A stretch of 64,000 bases of DNA from NCBI GenBank assembly GCA_026023565.1, contig JAPETS010000006.1, forward strand, positions 558,001-622,000, in the 5' to 3' direction. The position numbers and the translations under genes were made by a program. Below the pieces are notes generated by a model, which saw only the letters and a list, made by a program, of their open reading frames with translations, was not told the DNA's origin and did no database searches. This stretch comes from Cirrosporium novae-zelandiae. Lineage: Eukaryota. This document shows, one piece after another, positions 49,590 through 64,000 of the stretch. Position 1 is the first letter of the stretch, and each line of letters begins with the position of its first letter.

Positions 49590-51330
49590 CGCATTTCACT
49601 CGAAGTGAGCCACTCGCTAAAGCAAAATGGCTTTATTGTCTCCTGGATATGGAGTCTGGCGGTGATTGGACAGCTGCGATCATGGACCAGGATATGGCGC
49701 TATCGGTCTTCAACTTAACATTCGACATACTATTCAATTTGAATTAGTATCATGGCAAAGATAAGAGGCATCATTCTCAGATGACACCTCACCTTTAATC
49801 GACAACCTCATCAAGGGTGTAATCTTTGCCCTCTTTAGCCATTCTGCGCGCATTTTATTTCATTATAATCCTTTGGTAACGACCCCTCGTGGGCAAAGTC
49901 ACTCGTTTATTTTTCTTTTCTTTCTGATGTCCTGGCGAGATCGGTGTTGTATTCAAGACTTTTTATGGTGTTCGTTGTGCGAGCAACCTTTATATGATTT
50001 CTTTTGTATGCGTTGGTGGAAATGAAGAAATGGTGGGAAAAGAAAAGCCTCTTGTATATTCTGATGGCGATACCTCGCTCGGGCAATTATGACTGTTATG
50101 ACCATTGCATCGAATTGGACTGATGGAGGGCTGGAACTAGGGAAATAGCTGAGGTTGTCAATCCAACTTAGCTAGAGTATTAGCATAGGACCTTGCAGTA
50201 TCCAAAAGAGATACGCTCGCTACATTAAAGAATAGAAATAAGATATTCACCTGCAGACTGATTTCTTGTCTTTGTCCTAGTGGTTTGATCACTCGAAACC
50301 ATTTTCATGAGTGCAAGCCAAAGGAAAGGGTGATTGAAAGGGTGACATGAAGAACAGGAGGCCCCTGTCATTCAATTGTTGACAAGCATCTAGTAAACAT
50401 TTGTAGATGCTAGAGAGATAATTAAGAGAAGGTGAGAAGAAGAGACGGTAGAGTGAAAGAGCTTATGAATCGTAAGGGTTATGGTTCAGAAAATTTCATT
50501 GTATACATGAATCCAAAATGACGGGATTTAAATTGTATTGTGGTCGCCTTGGGCGATACTATGAACGATACTAATTAGTTAACCCCTCTGTAATAGTGTG
50601 TCTCCGGATGGTAACCCGCAGGGGAAATGCTCCGTCAATTTTTAAGATATCCAATGAGGGTTAGAAATTCTGTGACCAGGCAAACAAGATAGGTTCTACG
50701 CCTAATCTCAAGTCCATCTATTTTATGTAACTTCTGGAAAATTTTTAGGTCGGCAGGGGTTCGATTTATGAGAAGGGGGAAAGGGGAGTGGAAATTACGG
50801 GGATGCTTGATTGTTAGGTAGCAGAGGTATATCCTAGAAATAGAGAATAGTAAGGCAAGTTAATATATAGAGTCATGATATTTTGTTTGGGGAGGTCTTT
50901 AGATATCATATCCATTCTCTTTTACCTTGAACATGTACATAGTTATAGTTATATGTTCGTTTGATCGTTTTATGGAACGTTGGTTCAATCATATGTTCGT
51001 ACCTTTGTATACTTAGCTTCTATTGGCTAAAGCAGTTCGGCTAACATTTTGAGCTTCTCTTGCTTGCCATCACCACATGTACAGAGCTACAATTCCGAAG
51101 AAAACATACCTCTTCAGTCCTTGACCTTCCATGTGATAACTATCTTGTACACAAATTCATAATTTAATATTCAACTGTATAGGGTGGGATCGGTAGGTAC
51201 TGATTTATTTGAAACGCTTTCGTCGTGACCAATCCATAGCTACCTATTCTCTCTTCCGCCTGCTCGCGCAAACGCTACTCTGACTACCATACTCTTGACC
51301 TCGCAAACCCCCATATACCAGAAGTTCGTC

Positions 51331-54300
51331 ATGGACCTCCGCAACTTTGTTTCTGACAAGCTCATCTCCCTCACTGGCTTTTCCGAGTCCATCTCAGTCG
51401 ACTTTATCCTTGCAACCGCTAAAGATGCCAAATCAATATCAAGCCTCCAAGAATCGCTTGCCACGAACCTCGATAAACCCATTGATGATTTGGGGAGTTT
51501 TGCTGCCGGCTTGTTTAGCCGGTTAGGTAAAGAGGACGTTATTAAGAAGAAGCCGGAGAAGGTCAAGGCGCCCAAGACAAAATATGCACTAGTGAATATG
51601 GAAGAAGATGAAGTCATTGCGCCGGTTAGAGTCGAAAGGGAGAAAGCGAAAAGAGAAAAGGGCCGGAGGAAGAGGCGGGAGAAAAGCCGTGAGCGCAGTC
51701 CAGATCGCAGGTCGTCGGACAGGAATGAGAGACACAGACCTAAGAAATTAAGAACAAGGGATAGAGAGGACTTTGAGGATAGATGGGGCGATGAAGAATA
51801 CTATGAAGATGAGCCCGCCGAGGAAGAATTCCGGGAGTCTCCCGCGAAGAGGGTACGACTGGATGATGGAAGCGTGTCGTCCAGGCCAGGGACTGATGAG
51901 TCTTCTGACGAAGATGAGGAAACAAAAGCCGAGAAAGCACGGGCGCGAGATCTTAAGGAACGAGACGAGTTTTCAAAACGACTGAAAGAGAAAGAGTCAA
52001 AGAATTCGAAAAAGCTCGTGGAAGACCGTTCATCGAAACATCGGGAAGGCGAAGTAGCTCGAAGACTTCTTGCTGAAGACAAAGGTGCTAGAAAAGCAGC
52101 TATGCCTGATCTTCGTTTACGGTCTAGGCAGGAATATCTAAAGAAGCGCGAGACCGAACAGCTTGCCCTGCTGCGCAAGCAAGTCACTGAAGAATCTCAA
52201 GAACTACGAACAAATCCCGACCTTACGAGAAGAGAGAAGGAGGAGTTTGCTAAAAACAGGCAGGTGCTACAACTTGCAGAGGAGAGGCTCAAGATCGACG
52301 ATCACAGGGATGGATATTATATGCCCGAAGACTATATCACGGAAAAAGGAAAACTAGACCGCAAGCGCAAGGAAGAGGCGTTGTATAAAAGATATATTGA
52401 CCGTGACGAACATGGACAGGAGCGCTTTGTAACGGAACAAGAAGAATGGGAACGGGAACAAACGGCAAAGGCCAGGGCGCAGATATCACGTCCAGAGATT
52501 GTGGATGAAGGAGATTATGAATATGTATTTGATGATGCTCAGAAGATCAACTTTGTCGAGGATCAGACATCGAGAATGGCTGGAGACCGCAAGCACATGA
52601 CCCAGGAACAACGACTACTAGCACAAAGAATCAATGAAGCTGAAAGAAAAGCGGCTTCGATAGAAGAAACCCGGAAAAATCTACCAATATATGAGTGGCG
52701 TGATAAAATTATTGAAGCTGTCCGGGAACATCAAGTTATTATTATCGTGGGAGAGACTGGTAGCGGGAAGACTACACAAATTCCACAATATCTGCATGAG
52801 GCTGGTTTTACGAAAGGGGGCTTAAAAGTCGGCTGTACCCAGCCAAGGCGAGTGGCAGCCATGAGTGTTGCTACTCGTGTCGCCGAGGAAATGGGTGTCA
52901 AGGTAGGCAACGAGGTCGGTTATGCCATTCGATTTGAAGACGCTACAAGCGACAAGACAGTCCTTAAATATATGACTGACGGTATGCTCCTGAGAGAATT
53001 GTTGACAGAGCCTGATCTGGGAGCATATGCAGCTCTGATGATTGACGAGGCGCATGAACGGACCGTTGCCACCGATATTGCTCTAGGATTACTCAAGGAT
53101 ATCGCGAAAGCGAGACCAGAGCTGAGACTATTGATATCCTCCGCTACTGTGAACGCACAGAAATTCTCTGACTACTTCGACCAGGCTCCAATTTTCAACA
53201 TTCCTGGTCGGCGGTACCCGGTCGATATACATTACACCCCACAACCTGAAGCGAATTACCTCGCCGCTGCTATCACCACGGTTTTTCAGATACACATCTC
53301 TCAGGGTCCAGGTGATATACTGGTGTTTTTGACGGGTCAGGAGGAAATTGAGGCAGCCGAGCAAAATCTTCAAGAAACTGCAAGAAAGCTTGGGAGCAAG
53401 ATAAAAGAAATGGTCATTTGCCCTATTTATGCCAATCTTCCCTCTGAACTACAGACGAAGATCTTCGAACCTACTCCGCCTAATGCACGAAAGGTCGTTC
53501 TGGCTACTAACATTGCCGAGACTAGTTTGACTATTGATGGCATTGTCTACGTGATTGATCCCGGTTTCGTCAAAGAAAATGTCTACAATCCACGATCTGG
53601 TATGGAGAGTTTGGTTGTCACCCCCTGTTCTCGAGCTTCAGCTGTTCAGAGAGCTGGACGAGCTGGTCGTGTAGGACCTGGAAAATGCTTTCGGTTGTAC
53701 ACAAAATGGGCGTACTATAATGAACTTGAAGAGAACACGGCACCTGAAATTCAGAGGACAAACTTGAGCAGTACTGTCCTACTACTGAGCTCCCTTGGTA
53801 TTACAGATCTTATTGGCTTTGATTTTATGGATCCACCGCCTGCGGAGACTCTTATCCGTTCCGTTGAACAGCTGTATGCCCTTGGAGCTTTGAACAATAG
53901 GGGTGAGCTCACCAAAACGGGAAGGCAGATGGCCGAGTTTCCTATGGACCCGATGATGGCGAAGGCCATCTTAGCAGCTGATAAATACGGCTGTGTGGAC
54001 GAGGTTCTGTCTATCGTATCCCTACTCGGTGAAGCAAGTGCACTCTTCTATCGTCCAAAAGACAAGAAAATTCATGCCGATAGTGCTCGAGCTCGATTCA
54101 CAATCAAAGAAGGGGGTGATCATTTCTCTCTGCTAAATATATGGAACCAGTGGGTAGACTCAGACTTTTCCTACGTATGGTCTCGTGAAAACTTCCTACA
54201 GCAGCGCTCCCTAACCCGAGCGCGAGATGTGCGAGACCAGCTAGCCAAGCTGTGCGATCGTGTAGAAGTGACCATATCATCCTGCGGAGCCAACGACCTA

Positions 54301-54633
54301 CCTCCAATCCAGAAAGCCTTGACCGCAGGCTTCTTCCCGAACGCAGCCAGATTGCAACGGGGCGGGGATAGTTACCGCACGGTCAAGAACGGCCAGACGG
54401 TTTATCTGCACCCGAGCAGCACCCTGTTCGGGGATCAGGCGCCCAAGTGGGTAATCTACTATGAGCTCGTGCTGACCAGCAAGGAATACATGCGATCCAA
54501 TATGCCACTGCAGCCGGAATGGCTTCTGGAAGTGGCTCCCCATTATTACAAAAAGAAGGATCTGGATTCGCTGGGGTTGGATAAAAAGATGCCTAAGGGG
54601 CAGGGCGCTGCGGGTGAAAGGAGTAGGATTTGA
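51331..54633 (+). CDS. PRP2: DEAH-box splicing helicase Prp2 / Cdc28 (DHX16), intronless
   Basis: [29 protein letters not shown] and QRAGRAGR. N-terminal [14 protein letters not shown] and YYMPEDY blocks are typical of DHX16. First ATG at 51331. Confidence 0.93.
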   Translation: MDLRNFVSDKLISLTGFSESISVDFILATAKDAKSISSLQESLATNLDKPIDDLGSFAAGLFSRLGKEDVIKKKPEKVKAPKTKYALVNMEEDEVIAPVRVEREKAKREKGRRKRREKSRERSPDRRSSDRNERHRPKKLRTRDREDFEDRWGDEEYYEDEPAEEEFRESPAKRVRLDDGSVSSRPGTDESSDEDEETKAEKARARDLKERDEFSKRLKEKESKNSKKLVEDRSSKHREGEVARRLLAEDKGARKAAMPDLRLRSRQEYLKKRETEQLALLRKQVTEESQELRTNPDLTRREKEEFAKNRQVLQLAEERLKIDDHRDGYYMPEDYITEKGKLDRKRKEEALYKRYIDRDEHGQERFVTEQEEWEREQTAKARAQISRPEIVDEGDYEYVFDDAQKINFVEDQTSRMAGDRKHMTQEQRLLAQRINEAERKAASIEETRKNLPIYEWRDKIIEAVREHQVIIIVGETGSGKTTQIPQYLHEAGFTKGGLKVGCTQPRRVAAMSVATRVAEEMGVKVGNEVGYAIRFEDATSDKTVLKYMTDGMLLRELLTEPDLGAYAALMIDEAHERTVATDIALGLLKDIAKARPELRLLISSATVNAQKFSDYFDQAPIFNIPGRRYPVDIHYTPQPEANYLAAAITTVFQIHISQGPGDILVFLTGQEEIEAAEQNLQETARKLGSKIKEMVICPIYANLPSELQTKIFEPTPPNARKVVLATNIAETSLTIDGIVYVIDPGFVKENVYNPRSGMESLVVTPCSRASAVQRAGRAGRVGPGKCFRLYTKWAYYNELEENTAPEIQRTNLSSTVLLLSSLGITDLIGFDFMDPPPAETLIRSVEQLYALGALNNRGELTKTGRQMAEFPMDPMMAKAILAADKYGCVDEVLSIVSLLGEASALFYRPKDKKIHADSARARFTIKEGGDHFSLLNIWNQWVDSDFSYVWSRENFLQQRSLTRARDVRDQLAKLCDRVEVTISSCGANDLPPIQKALTAGFFPNAARLQRGGDSYRTVKNGQTVYLHPSSTLFGDQAPKWVIYYELVLTSKEYMRSNMPLQPEWLLEVAPHYYKKKDLDSLGLDKKMPKGQGAAGERSRI

Positions 54634-55263
54634 GTGTTTATGTATATAATAATATTAAGTAGTAGATTACTATCTCGCTTGACGTGGGAATTATTAGTAC
54701 CTACTCCTTCCATCTAATAGCATCGAAATAACCACATACTATACATATACAATAATTGATATAGAATGTAAAACCCAGCAACCCCCTGTGGTGGATTTCT
54801 CACTCGTAAATGCATATCTAATAGATATATATGTAGATATGTAATTGTGTAAACAAATCACCACTTAAAAAGAGCTCATATCTAGTCTAGTCAGTCAGTT
54901 AGATAGTCTAAACCAGCTATCTATCTATCTAATGAATTAGCTCTACTAAACAAACACAATAGACTGGACTATTAAAACAAACTAAAACCACGTGCCACCC
55001 AACCAACCAATCACACCTCCCCTCAATCTCATGACACCCCGTCTCCCACTTCTCCGCCTAGAAACCAAAAAAAAACAACCTCGGCTTATCATCGCATCGC
55101 ATAGCAAACTTGCTCCCTTCCTACTCCTACTCCTACTCCGCCTGGATACATACTACTTACCCCGATTTCGGCTTGAGCTTATATCATTATTATCGTTGTT
55201 GTCTTTTTTATTTTTATTTTCTCTTTTTCTTCCTTTTTCTTTTATTTGTTCTTTACGTCCAAA

Positions 55264-55264
55264 C

Positions 55265-55297
<33 letters not shown>
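55264..55297. repeat. (CTGT)n microsatellite
   Basis: About 8 CTGT units in the cytochrome b5 leader region. Confidence 0.85.
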
Positions 55298-55299
<2 letters not shown>

Positions 55300-55441
55300 T
55301 TTCACCGAACCGGCACACCGATAGTGAGATATCGATCTCGGTACTGTGGTAGTAACATCGATATTAAGATTAACAAAGCCCAACGAACAACTTCAAACTA
55401 CAACCACAAACCCACACACCCGCCTTAAGACCTCCCCAAAA

Positions 55442-55783
55442 ATGTCCACCTCCTCCTCTACCCCCCTCAAAACCCTCACCCCCTCCGAAATCTCCACCCA
55501 CACCTCCACAACCTCCGACATCTGGTTAATAATCGACAATTCCGTCTACGACGTAACCTCTTTTCTTTCAGAACATCCGGGGGGTCCTAAGATCTTGAAG
55601 AGAGTTAATGGGAAGGATGCTACGAAGCAGTTTTGGAAGGTATGTTTTTTATGGAAGTTTTTTTTTTGGATTGGGGGGGATGTGGGGGCTAATTTAGATT
55701 TGTAGTATCATAATGAGGGGGTGCTAAAGAAATATGGGGAGAAATTGATTATTGGAGTTGTGGGGGAGGAGGCGAAGTTGTGA
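55442..55783 (+). CDS. Small soluble cytochrome b5 with C-terminal PTS1 (AKL); exons 55442-55639, 55706-55783
   Basis: [21 protein letters not shown]...[12 protein letters not shown] (both heme His ligands); ends EEAKL*; no membrane anchor. Confidence 0.9.
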
Positions 55784-56189
55784 GAGAAGGAGTGGGTGGA
55801 ATATATAACTTATATGGTGACCAATCAATCGATCGAACGGCCAGGCCCCGTCCTAGATAGGGGAAAGTGAGTAAGGATGATAATTATTCTTTTTTGTGTA
55901 TGTGTGAGAGAGAGAGAGAGAGAGAGGATGTATGTGCTATCAGGATGGAAATATAGAACGGCCAGAAAGGGATAGAAGGGAAATGGGATTGGAGAGCAAC
56001 ATATATACCCATAGATCGAAGTTATATCTATATATATGTTATTATCTATAAATGCGAAAGGGAAAGAAGGGGAAATCGAGATAATTAAGGGGTTTAAATA
56101 CAATACAATACAATACACCCAAAAACCATAAAATCAGTCTATCATAATATATATATTCATTCGTCCACCCAAACATAAAAAATAACCAT

Positions 56190-57586
56190 CTATAATTCAT
56201 CCTTCCCACTCTCCTTCATCATCTCCCCCCTCCCAAGTTCCATCCCCAAATCAACCGGATGCCTCTTCCTCCACTTCTCCCACATGGCATGAAAGTCCTT
56301 CTCCATGCCCCCCTCCATCTGATCCGGCAACACAACCACATATTCCACATTCAGATTCCCCCACTCCTCATCCTCGTCGCGGTCTTGATGCCACACCGGC
56401 ATCCCTTCTCCGGGTATCACCTCCACGGCCATGGGCTGTACGACTTGCCCCCTCTTGCGACCTAGATGTACTACGTGCCCGTCCAGGTGCGTGAGGTTGC
56501 GTTCCCAGTCGCCCATCCATGCTTCCCGGAGACTGAGAACCTCTCTCCAAAATAGCTCTTTACCCTTTCTTCTGAAAAAGGTGCCGTCGGTTTTTTCCTC
56601 GGGGGTTTTGCCTAAGGTGGGTGGGAGGATGTCGAGACGCACGTGCAGGTCCCCCGCAGTCCAGTCGGGACTCTCGTCGGCTTCGTTTTCAAAGGTTATG
56701 ATTGTGTTTTTATCCATTCCCGGTTCGACGTTCAGGGTGTAGGTTTGGGCTTTGCGCACGACGCGGTCGCCGTGGCAGACGGGGCAGGGTTTGCGGATGG
56801 TTTTCCCCTTGCCCCCGCATTTGTCGCAGGCCATTTGAACCTGTTGGAAGATTCCTGGAGCGAGCATGTGTTTCTGGAGGAGCATCCCGCGACCCCCGCA
56901 GTGGCCGCATGTTTCAACCACGCCGTCCTCGCTGCCTGTGCCGTCGCACTCGTCGCAGATGACTTGTTTCTCCACCACGAATTCGCGTTCTTTACCTGTG
57001 TAGAAGTCGCTTAGTGGGAGGTCGATTCGCACTTCCTGGTCGTTGCCGCGTCGTTGTCCGGGTGCGTGTCCGAAGTGGCCTGAGCCTCCGAAGAAGCGCG
57101 AGAAGAGGTCGAAGGGGTCGTGTTGTTGGAAGGAGGGGCCGCCCCGCTTGTGTTGTTCTAGCCCTTCGTGTCCATATTGGTCGTAGATTTTGCGCGTTTC
57201 GGGATCCGAGAGGATGTCGTAGGCTTCGGCTATGGAGACGAATTTGTCATGCGCGGTTGCGTCGCCACTGGTGGGGAGCAAGGGAAATCAGCTGAATTGT
57301 TTTTTGAAGGGGTAGAGAAGCGGGGAAGAGGGGGGAGGAGTGGGTTATCAAAGGGGATGGATATAATCTATCTGGAGTTCTAGATAAGGGAAGATTGTTA
57401 GACAAGAGGAAGTTATTATACATACGGATTCTTATCGGGATGCCATTTCTTGCTCAATGTTCGATATGCTTTTTTGATATCCTTTTCTGATGCCGACTTA
57501 TCAATCCCCAATACCTTGTAATAATCTTCGGCGCACAACACCAGCGCTATCAGCAAGAAAAGTAGAATCGTAGTAAAATGCATCAT
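56190..57586 (-). CDS. SCJ1: ER-luminal type I DnaJ co-chaperone Scj1; intron 57425-57268
   Basis: Signal peptide [25 protein letters not shown]-domain HPD, four CxxCxGxG-type repeats, and C-terminal KDEL. Confidence 0.93.
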
Positions 57587-58307
57587 TGCGCCTGCTACTG
57601 CTGCTGCTGCTACTGTCCAGCATGCGGCAGCATTGGAGGTGTTTTTTTTTTTTTTAAATAAAAAAAAAGGCTGTAAAAGCCAATAGAGAGAGTGGACGCC
57701 TTCTAAAAAATTTAAAGGCCAAGAGCTCCTTTTACACTTTTATAGAGGGTGGAGAGAGAGAAGAAGAAAAACAAGAAGTGGGAATGGGCTTATGGAAGGA
57801 TTCTTGGGTTCATCGGTCCCCCAAGCAAGATCTTGACACTTATATTGTAATAAAAACGGTGACGGAATTTCTTTGATTACAATTGATGCCAGCTTGGCTC
57901 CTACTGAACGCCGGAAAATATTTTATCCTATCCTGAAAGCTTATCGCCAGTCAAGCTAACAACTCGCCCAGGTAATTAATTATAACAAGTTGGGTAAATT
58001 TACCACGATAGTTATAATAAAGTAGGCTTTCTAATATTATCATAGTTAGGCATACAATACACGTTAGAAATATGACTTTCTTGCAAGATATATCTTCTCT
58101 TTCCTCCGACATGTGCCTGCCTATTACCATCTATTGAGCTGGCGTAATTCATCCTGAAGCGTCTGTATGATATCGACATTTGGCGCCTTTTTTCTTGTTT
58201 CCTTCATCAATTCACCCTGGAGGAAGTTACAATATGACAAGTCATCATTGGTTCGTCGTTGGAATGCTAGACTCCTATCCATGCGAGCCCAAGCTCTATC
58301 ATCATCA

Positions 58308-60080
58308 TTATACCCCCAGGGTTCTACGTTTGGCATTGGTTGTCGATTGCGCCGGTTCATCCTCGGACCCTAGCAGAACTGCTGCTTTTTTAATAATCCC
58401 TCCATTGCTGAAAGGGCTAACATCATTATTAGCCGAGCCCCTGTACATCAATCCCGGACAGAGAACTCCTATCACAGGACGACCATCAAGTCGTGTATTA
58501 TTAGCCCCAGTTACTATTGTAGGACTAGTCCCTAGCTGTAAACCATGCAGCGGATGTGCATCCATCAAGTCATTGTTATGCATAAATTTGCGTTGGTGGA
58601 GTCCCTCGAGGATCTGTAGGTGTGGATACCATTGCGAGTTCTTCCAGATGCTACATGACAAGAGACCAGCCTTCATATATATTGTATGAAGCTTTTTAAG
58701 TGCATTGCTGTTATCTATGTCACTGTTGTCGCTATTTATTTTGACGAATGAAGGCGCTAATGCTGGGTGCGAGAAGCCTACGCCCTTGATCTCTGCAGAA
58801 CTGCACGACCATACATTGAAGAATGTGCGATTTGCGGCTTTGGAGATTAACTTTGTAAGTTCTCCAAGATGTTCGTCTCAGATCACCTATGTCAATGACT
58901 CTGATACATTTTGCCCGCCAAAGGTGGGCATCTCTATCTGTACCTAGGTACACTAGTTAGTTCTCTTTTGTAGCATTGTTGATCGGTTGGATTACCGTGC
59001 CCGAGCTGTAACCTATAAATGGAATCCAAATTATGGCATGGATTGGGTCTCATTTGGGGTGAGTCCGTTGGCAAGTTTTTAAAAAAATTGTCTTTGCAGT
59101 TGTCAACCAACCAAAATGGATTGCTGATAACTTTCTTGTATATATCGTCTAGGAGAAGAGCGGATAGAAACAATGCATTAGGATTTGATGGTATAGCCTG
59201 TGCCAACATTCTAAGTCTTTCGACTGGGCTCGGTTGTGGTAGCTTGATGACTGGATCAAGACAATCGAGTAGATCTGAGTTGATCGTGAGCAGTTCTTGG
59301 GGTTTGGCGAAACTACCTGCCCATTGCTCGACATGCCTTTGGATCTCCTGTAATAATGTTCTTACTGTCTGAGAGGGGATGCTCCTATAATCGTCTAGGG
59401 GATCTATTGGTTGGTCATCTTCCGTGAGGCATAATATTACTTTTTCCTGTTCCTTAATAAACTCCTCTAGCCTATGGATATCTTTTCTTGCCGTCTTGTA
59501 AGCAGCTTTGAAGTTGAACCTAGAAGACGTAGAAGATACATCTTCTTTCCCTTCCCCTCATCTGATGGTTCCTACTAGGTGTTTCGTTCCTCGAGCTATG
59601 GGGTCCTTCTTCTGTTCTAGTTGCCCTCGTACTTGATCTATTTATTCTAGTACCCGTTGTTTCTTCTACTCTGGTACCTGTTGTTTCTTTTGTTTCAGTG
59701 TTTGCCGTTTCTTTCAGTTCAGGGTCCGCTATCTCTGTCGTCTCGATACCTATTATCTTTTTTATCTCATCCACTATGTCGTTTATTCCAATACTTGCTA
59801 TCCTTTTTATCCAGATACCTGCTATTTCTTTCATCTCGATGCCTAGTATTTTTGTTATGCTGATATCGGCTAGCTTTTTTATTATGGTGCCCGTCGTTTT
59901 CTCTATTCCGGCATTCGCGGTCTCTTTCATCTTGGTACCTTGAATTATTTTTGCTCTGGTATTCGCTGTTGCCTTCGTCCCTGCGACCGTTGTCTTTCCC
60001 ATCCTATATTGTCTGTTGAGGATATTTGACGGAGGCTGTTCACTATCTCCTATTCCCCAAACAAGCTCGAGTTGTCAATA
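58308..60080 (-). pseudogene. Disrupted fungal coiled-coil hypothetical-protein gene with an N-terminal 8-aa repeat
   Basis: Protein-like fragments (RLEEFIKEQEK...EIQRHVEQWAGSFA...LFLSALLLDDIYKKVISNPF; AHLWR; GRPVIGVLCPGLMYRG...KKAAVLL) are broken by a frameshift near 58740 and by many TGA/TAG stops in the repeat frame. An intron relic lies at about 58996-58945. Boundaries are approximate. Confidence 0.6.
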
Positions 60081-60203
60081 CTGAAATATGGAGGTTCTTA
60101 TCAATGCAAATTAATATAAGATGTGAGGTAGAGAACATGGAAAAAGTCTCTAATGTAGATATCAACATAGACCAGAAACTAGAGAAATGACATAATTAAG
60201 AGA

Positions 60204-60293
60204 AAGAAGAAGAAGAAGAAGAAGAAGAAGAAGAAGAAGAAGAAGAAGAAGAAGAAGAAGAAGAAGAAGAAGAAGAAGAAGAAGAAGAAGAAG
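60204..60293. repeat. (AAG)30 microsatellite
   Basis: 90 bp of perfect AAG repeat. Confidence 0.97.
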
Positions 60294-60573
60294 AAAACGT
60301 CTTAGAGCCGGCCCCAAGGATTCAACCATCAAAGATCCTCTCAAGGTGGACGGCCATTGTGCCCAGTGCTCTGGCTTTCATCAGTTTTGAAGGGGGTTTG
60401 ACGGATACGGTAAGAATTACACTCAAAAGTGATTTTACTTTCGTGAAATATAATTACAAGGTTATTTTATTTTATTTTACTTTGAAATGATCATTATTAC
60501 CTCCGTAGCCTCTAGCTAAAAGTCTAACCAAGTACAATTACTTGCACAGGTTTTTGTATTCTTCACCCTGCCT

Positions 60574-61948
<1,375 letters not shown>

Positions 61949-63596
61949 TCAATTATCCAGATCTTTAATCTGGTTGATGAGTGTTAATTAAATGCGTAAA
62001 GAAGTGATTTGTTTCCGTTGTAACGGTGGCTTGATATTTATATTCCTAGCGCGTTTAGAAGATTCCCGAATGTTCAGATACTGCAACAATGTTGCCGCTC
62101 GTTTCGAGTGCTGTACCAATTGAAACCGAATATCGGCAGATATGGGCCCACACACTTCATCCAGTGCTTAGAAATACAGGCTGAATGTCATCGCATGAGC
62201 TTTCTGCTCAAAAGTAAAGTGAAAACTTGAGCATTTCTCACGTAAAATGACGGCAGAAGAGTAAATATCCTGAGGGGCAACAAGTTGTCCCCATAACGTC
62301 TCCGAATCCCGGTAGATTGTCGTTGCTGTACAGGGCCAAGGGGGTCCACCATGCTTGGAAATCAAAGCTCATCACGATTTAAACCCTGTTCTCCATAGTG
62401 TAACCCCACAAGAATCAAAAGAAAATGTGTGTAGATAGAGAAGCGTTATACTACGCTAGGTGAACATCAAAACTTTTATCTTATCATTCTGAACAACTTG
62501 AGTGGAAACTTGAAGAAATAACGAATAAGTTATAATATGGATAAGTAGCATTTGGGGAAGATTACAGCATTTGATGAATGCACAACATATTTTGTATATT
62601 GTCTCGTTTGGGTTTAGCTTGAACATGATTAGTGATCAGGGAACACCAAGGTTTCGAAGAAAAAGCTTGGCAGGTAGATCTATTTATCTTCTCCACCATA
62701 ACGCTCCAACAGCGAGCCTATCCTAGCTCAAAAATCCCTCTTGATTAATTTGACGTAACAAAAAAAACTCAAAAAAGCTCTAGTTAACTACCCGATGTCT
62801 TTATTTCCGTTGAAGCGAGATGGAAAATCAATCTCACCAATGTGAGGTTAACATGAAGAGAAAGCAACTCATTGCAGCTGACTATTACCGTTACTTGATG
62901 GTGGTTTAGTCCATTTATATTGAACTTCGCATATGTAATTTGACTGAGGGTCTGCCAATCATGTTTTATTCCTTCCCAACATGTGTTAGTCTGTATAACC
63001 ATTTGACATGCTTCATTATTTAGCGGACAGAAACTGGACAGCTGGGAGACAGTCCCAAGCTGATAACATCAAAACTTCAAAGCTTAGGAAATCATGAGGT
63101 CTCCACATCTGGTTAGAAATTCGTCTGTTTCATGCAATGCCTGTTGCGGATTATAGGTGGTGGGGAAGGCATGCAGGAACCAGTTTTGGGCTGATTTCGG
63201 GTCGATCGAGATATCGAAGAGAGGGGTTAAGCTAGTCAGGTAAGGCAGGGCATGTAGGACAATGATGATTTTCTATTTTTTTTTGTTTTTTCGGGGAATA
63301 GCTGTTCGGGTTTCATCATGAAGGGGTGACAATGATGGTGGGATTTTGCCCTGACTTGATAAATGATTGATTGATGAAAATAACTATATACGTGAGAACG
63401 ATAGACATAGCTTCACTGCGTAATTTGTAAGACGATACAGAAAATGTACGTGTACAAACTTTTCTGTACCAAAGAGGAGTATCCGTAGACAGACGCAAAT
63501 GCATATACATATACAATAATGCAAGAGAAATGCCCATAGAACAGTTCCATTCCCCCACCTCATCCACCCCCAAACAAACTCTTAACCTCCCCTTGC

Positions 63597-64000
63597 TCAA
63601 GAATCCAGCACAAACCGATTCAGAAATTTAAATTTCTTCAACCCCTCCTCAAAGGTGCTCGCCAACGCACTTAAAGTTGTGTTTCCTACGTATACACCCG
63701 CACCGCTCGCACCAGCTGCCGTCAAGACACTAGCACCATTCTGACTCGCAGCTGCGACCGGCTTGCCGAAGCGGAACGCATCTGTAACAATTTGCAGGGG
63801 CCGTCCGCCGGGATAGTAGCTACTGGTAGTATTGGAGCTGAAGAGTGAGGAAGCGCCGTCAGCGACGATAACGCCATCGAAGTTTGTGGCATCGGAGCCA
63901 GAGTAAGTTTGATTGACGCTGCTGGCGAGGTACTCACCCACGACAACGAGGTCAACGTTGGCGGAGGCAAATGCGGTGGTTAGTTGCGAGATCTGTGATG
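63597..64000 (-). CDS. 3' end (C-terminal DJ-1/flavodoxin-like domain) of a large-subunit catalase (CatB/Cat-3 type); partial, runs off the window
   Basis: VVVGEYL...VNQTYSGSDATNFDGVIVA...YPGGRPLQIVTDAFRFGKPV...EEGLKKFKFLNRF. Confidence 0.88.
   Translation of the reverse strand, partial: SQISQLTTAFASANVDLVVVGEYLASSVNQTYSGSDATNFDGVIVADGASSLFSSNTTSSYYPGGRPLQIVTDAFRFGKPVAAASQNGASVLTAAGASGAGVYVGNTTLSALASTFEEGLKKFKFLNRFVLDS

Noticed and set aside
15860..57586. Apparent functional pairs (Pol5/Utp20, Drn1/Prp2, Zim17/Scj1) as a designed cluster
   Set aside because: Broad functional classes pair easily by chance in a housekeeping region, and the sequence alone gives no evidence of co-regulation
59520..60002. 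160-aa ORF MGKTTVAG... as an independent gene
   Set aside because: Better explained as an alternative frame of the degenerate 24-bp repeat in the pseudogene

Overview
Intron-containing genomic DNA of a filamentous ascomycete (Pezizomycotina, probably Eurotiomycetes-like). The core is housekeeping genes: a conserved hypothetical S/T-P-rich protein, pyroglutamyl peptidase I, Pol5, Cdc25, Sld5, Cullin-3, Zim17, Utp20, CWF19L1/Drn1, Wee1, Prp2/DHX16, a small PTS1-bearing cytochrome b5, ER DnaJ Scj1, a YqjM-type old yellow enzyme, and the 3' end of a large-subunit catalase. Two accessory patches interrupt it: a tandem array of three BTB/POZ paralogs in graded states of decay (9.8-15.4 kb), and a pseudogene with a degenerate 24-bp coding repeat (58.3-60.1 kb). 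The most notable observations are (i) a 252-nt, stop-free, in-frame GT-AG intron candidate (exitron) inside the Wee1 regulatory domain, (ii) co-location of the antagonistic Cdk1-Y15 regulators Cdc25 and Wee1 with Cul3, BTB genes and Sld5, and (iii) a 150-bp solo LTR with a target-site duplication. Exon/intron boundaries were read by eye from GT/GC-AG and branch-site motifs and were not verified against transcripts or databases.
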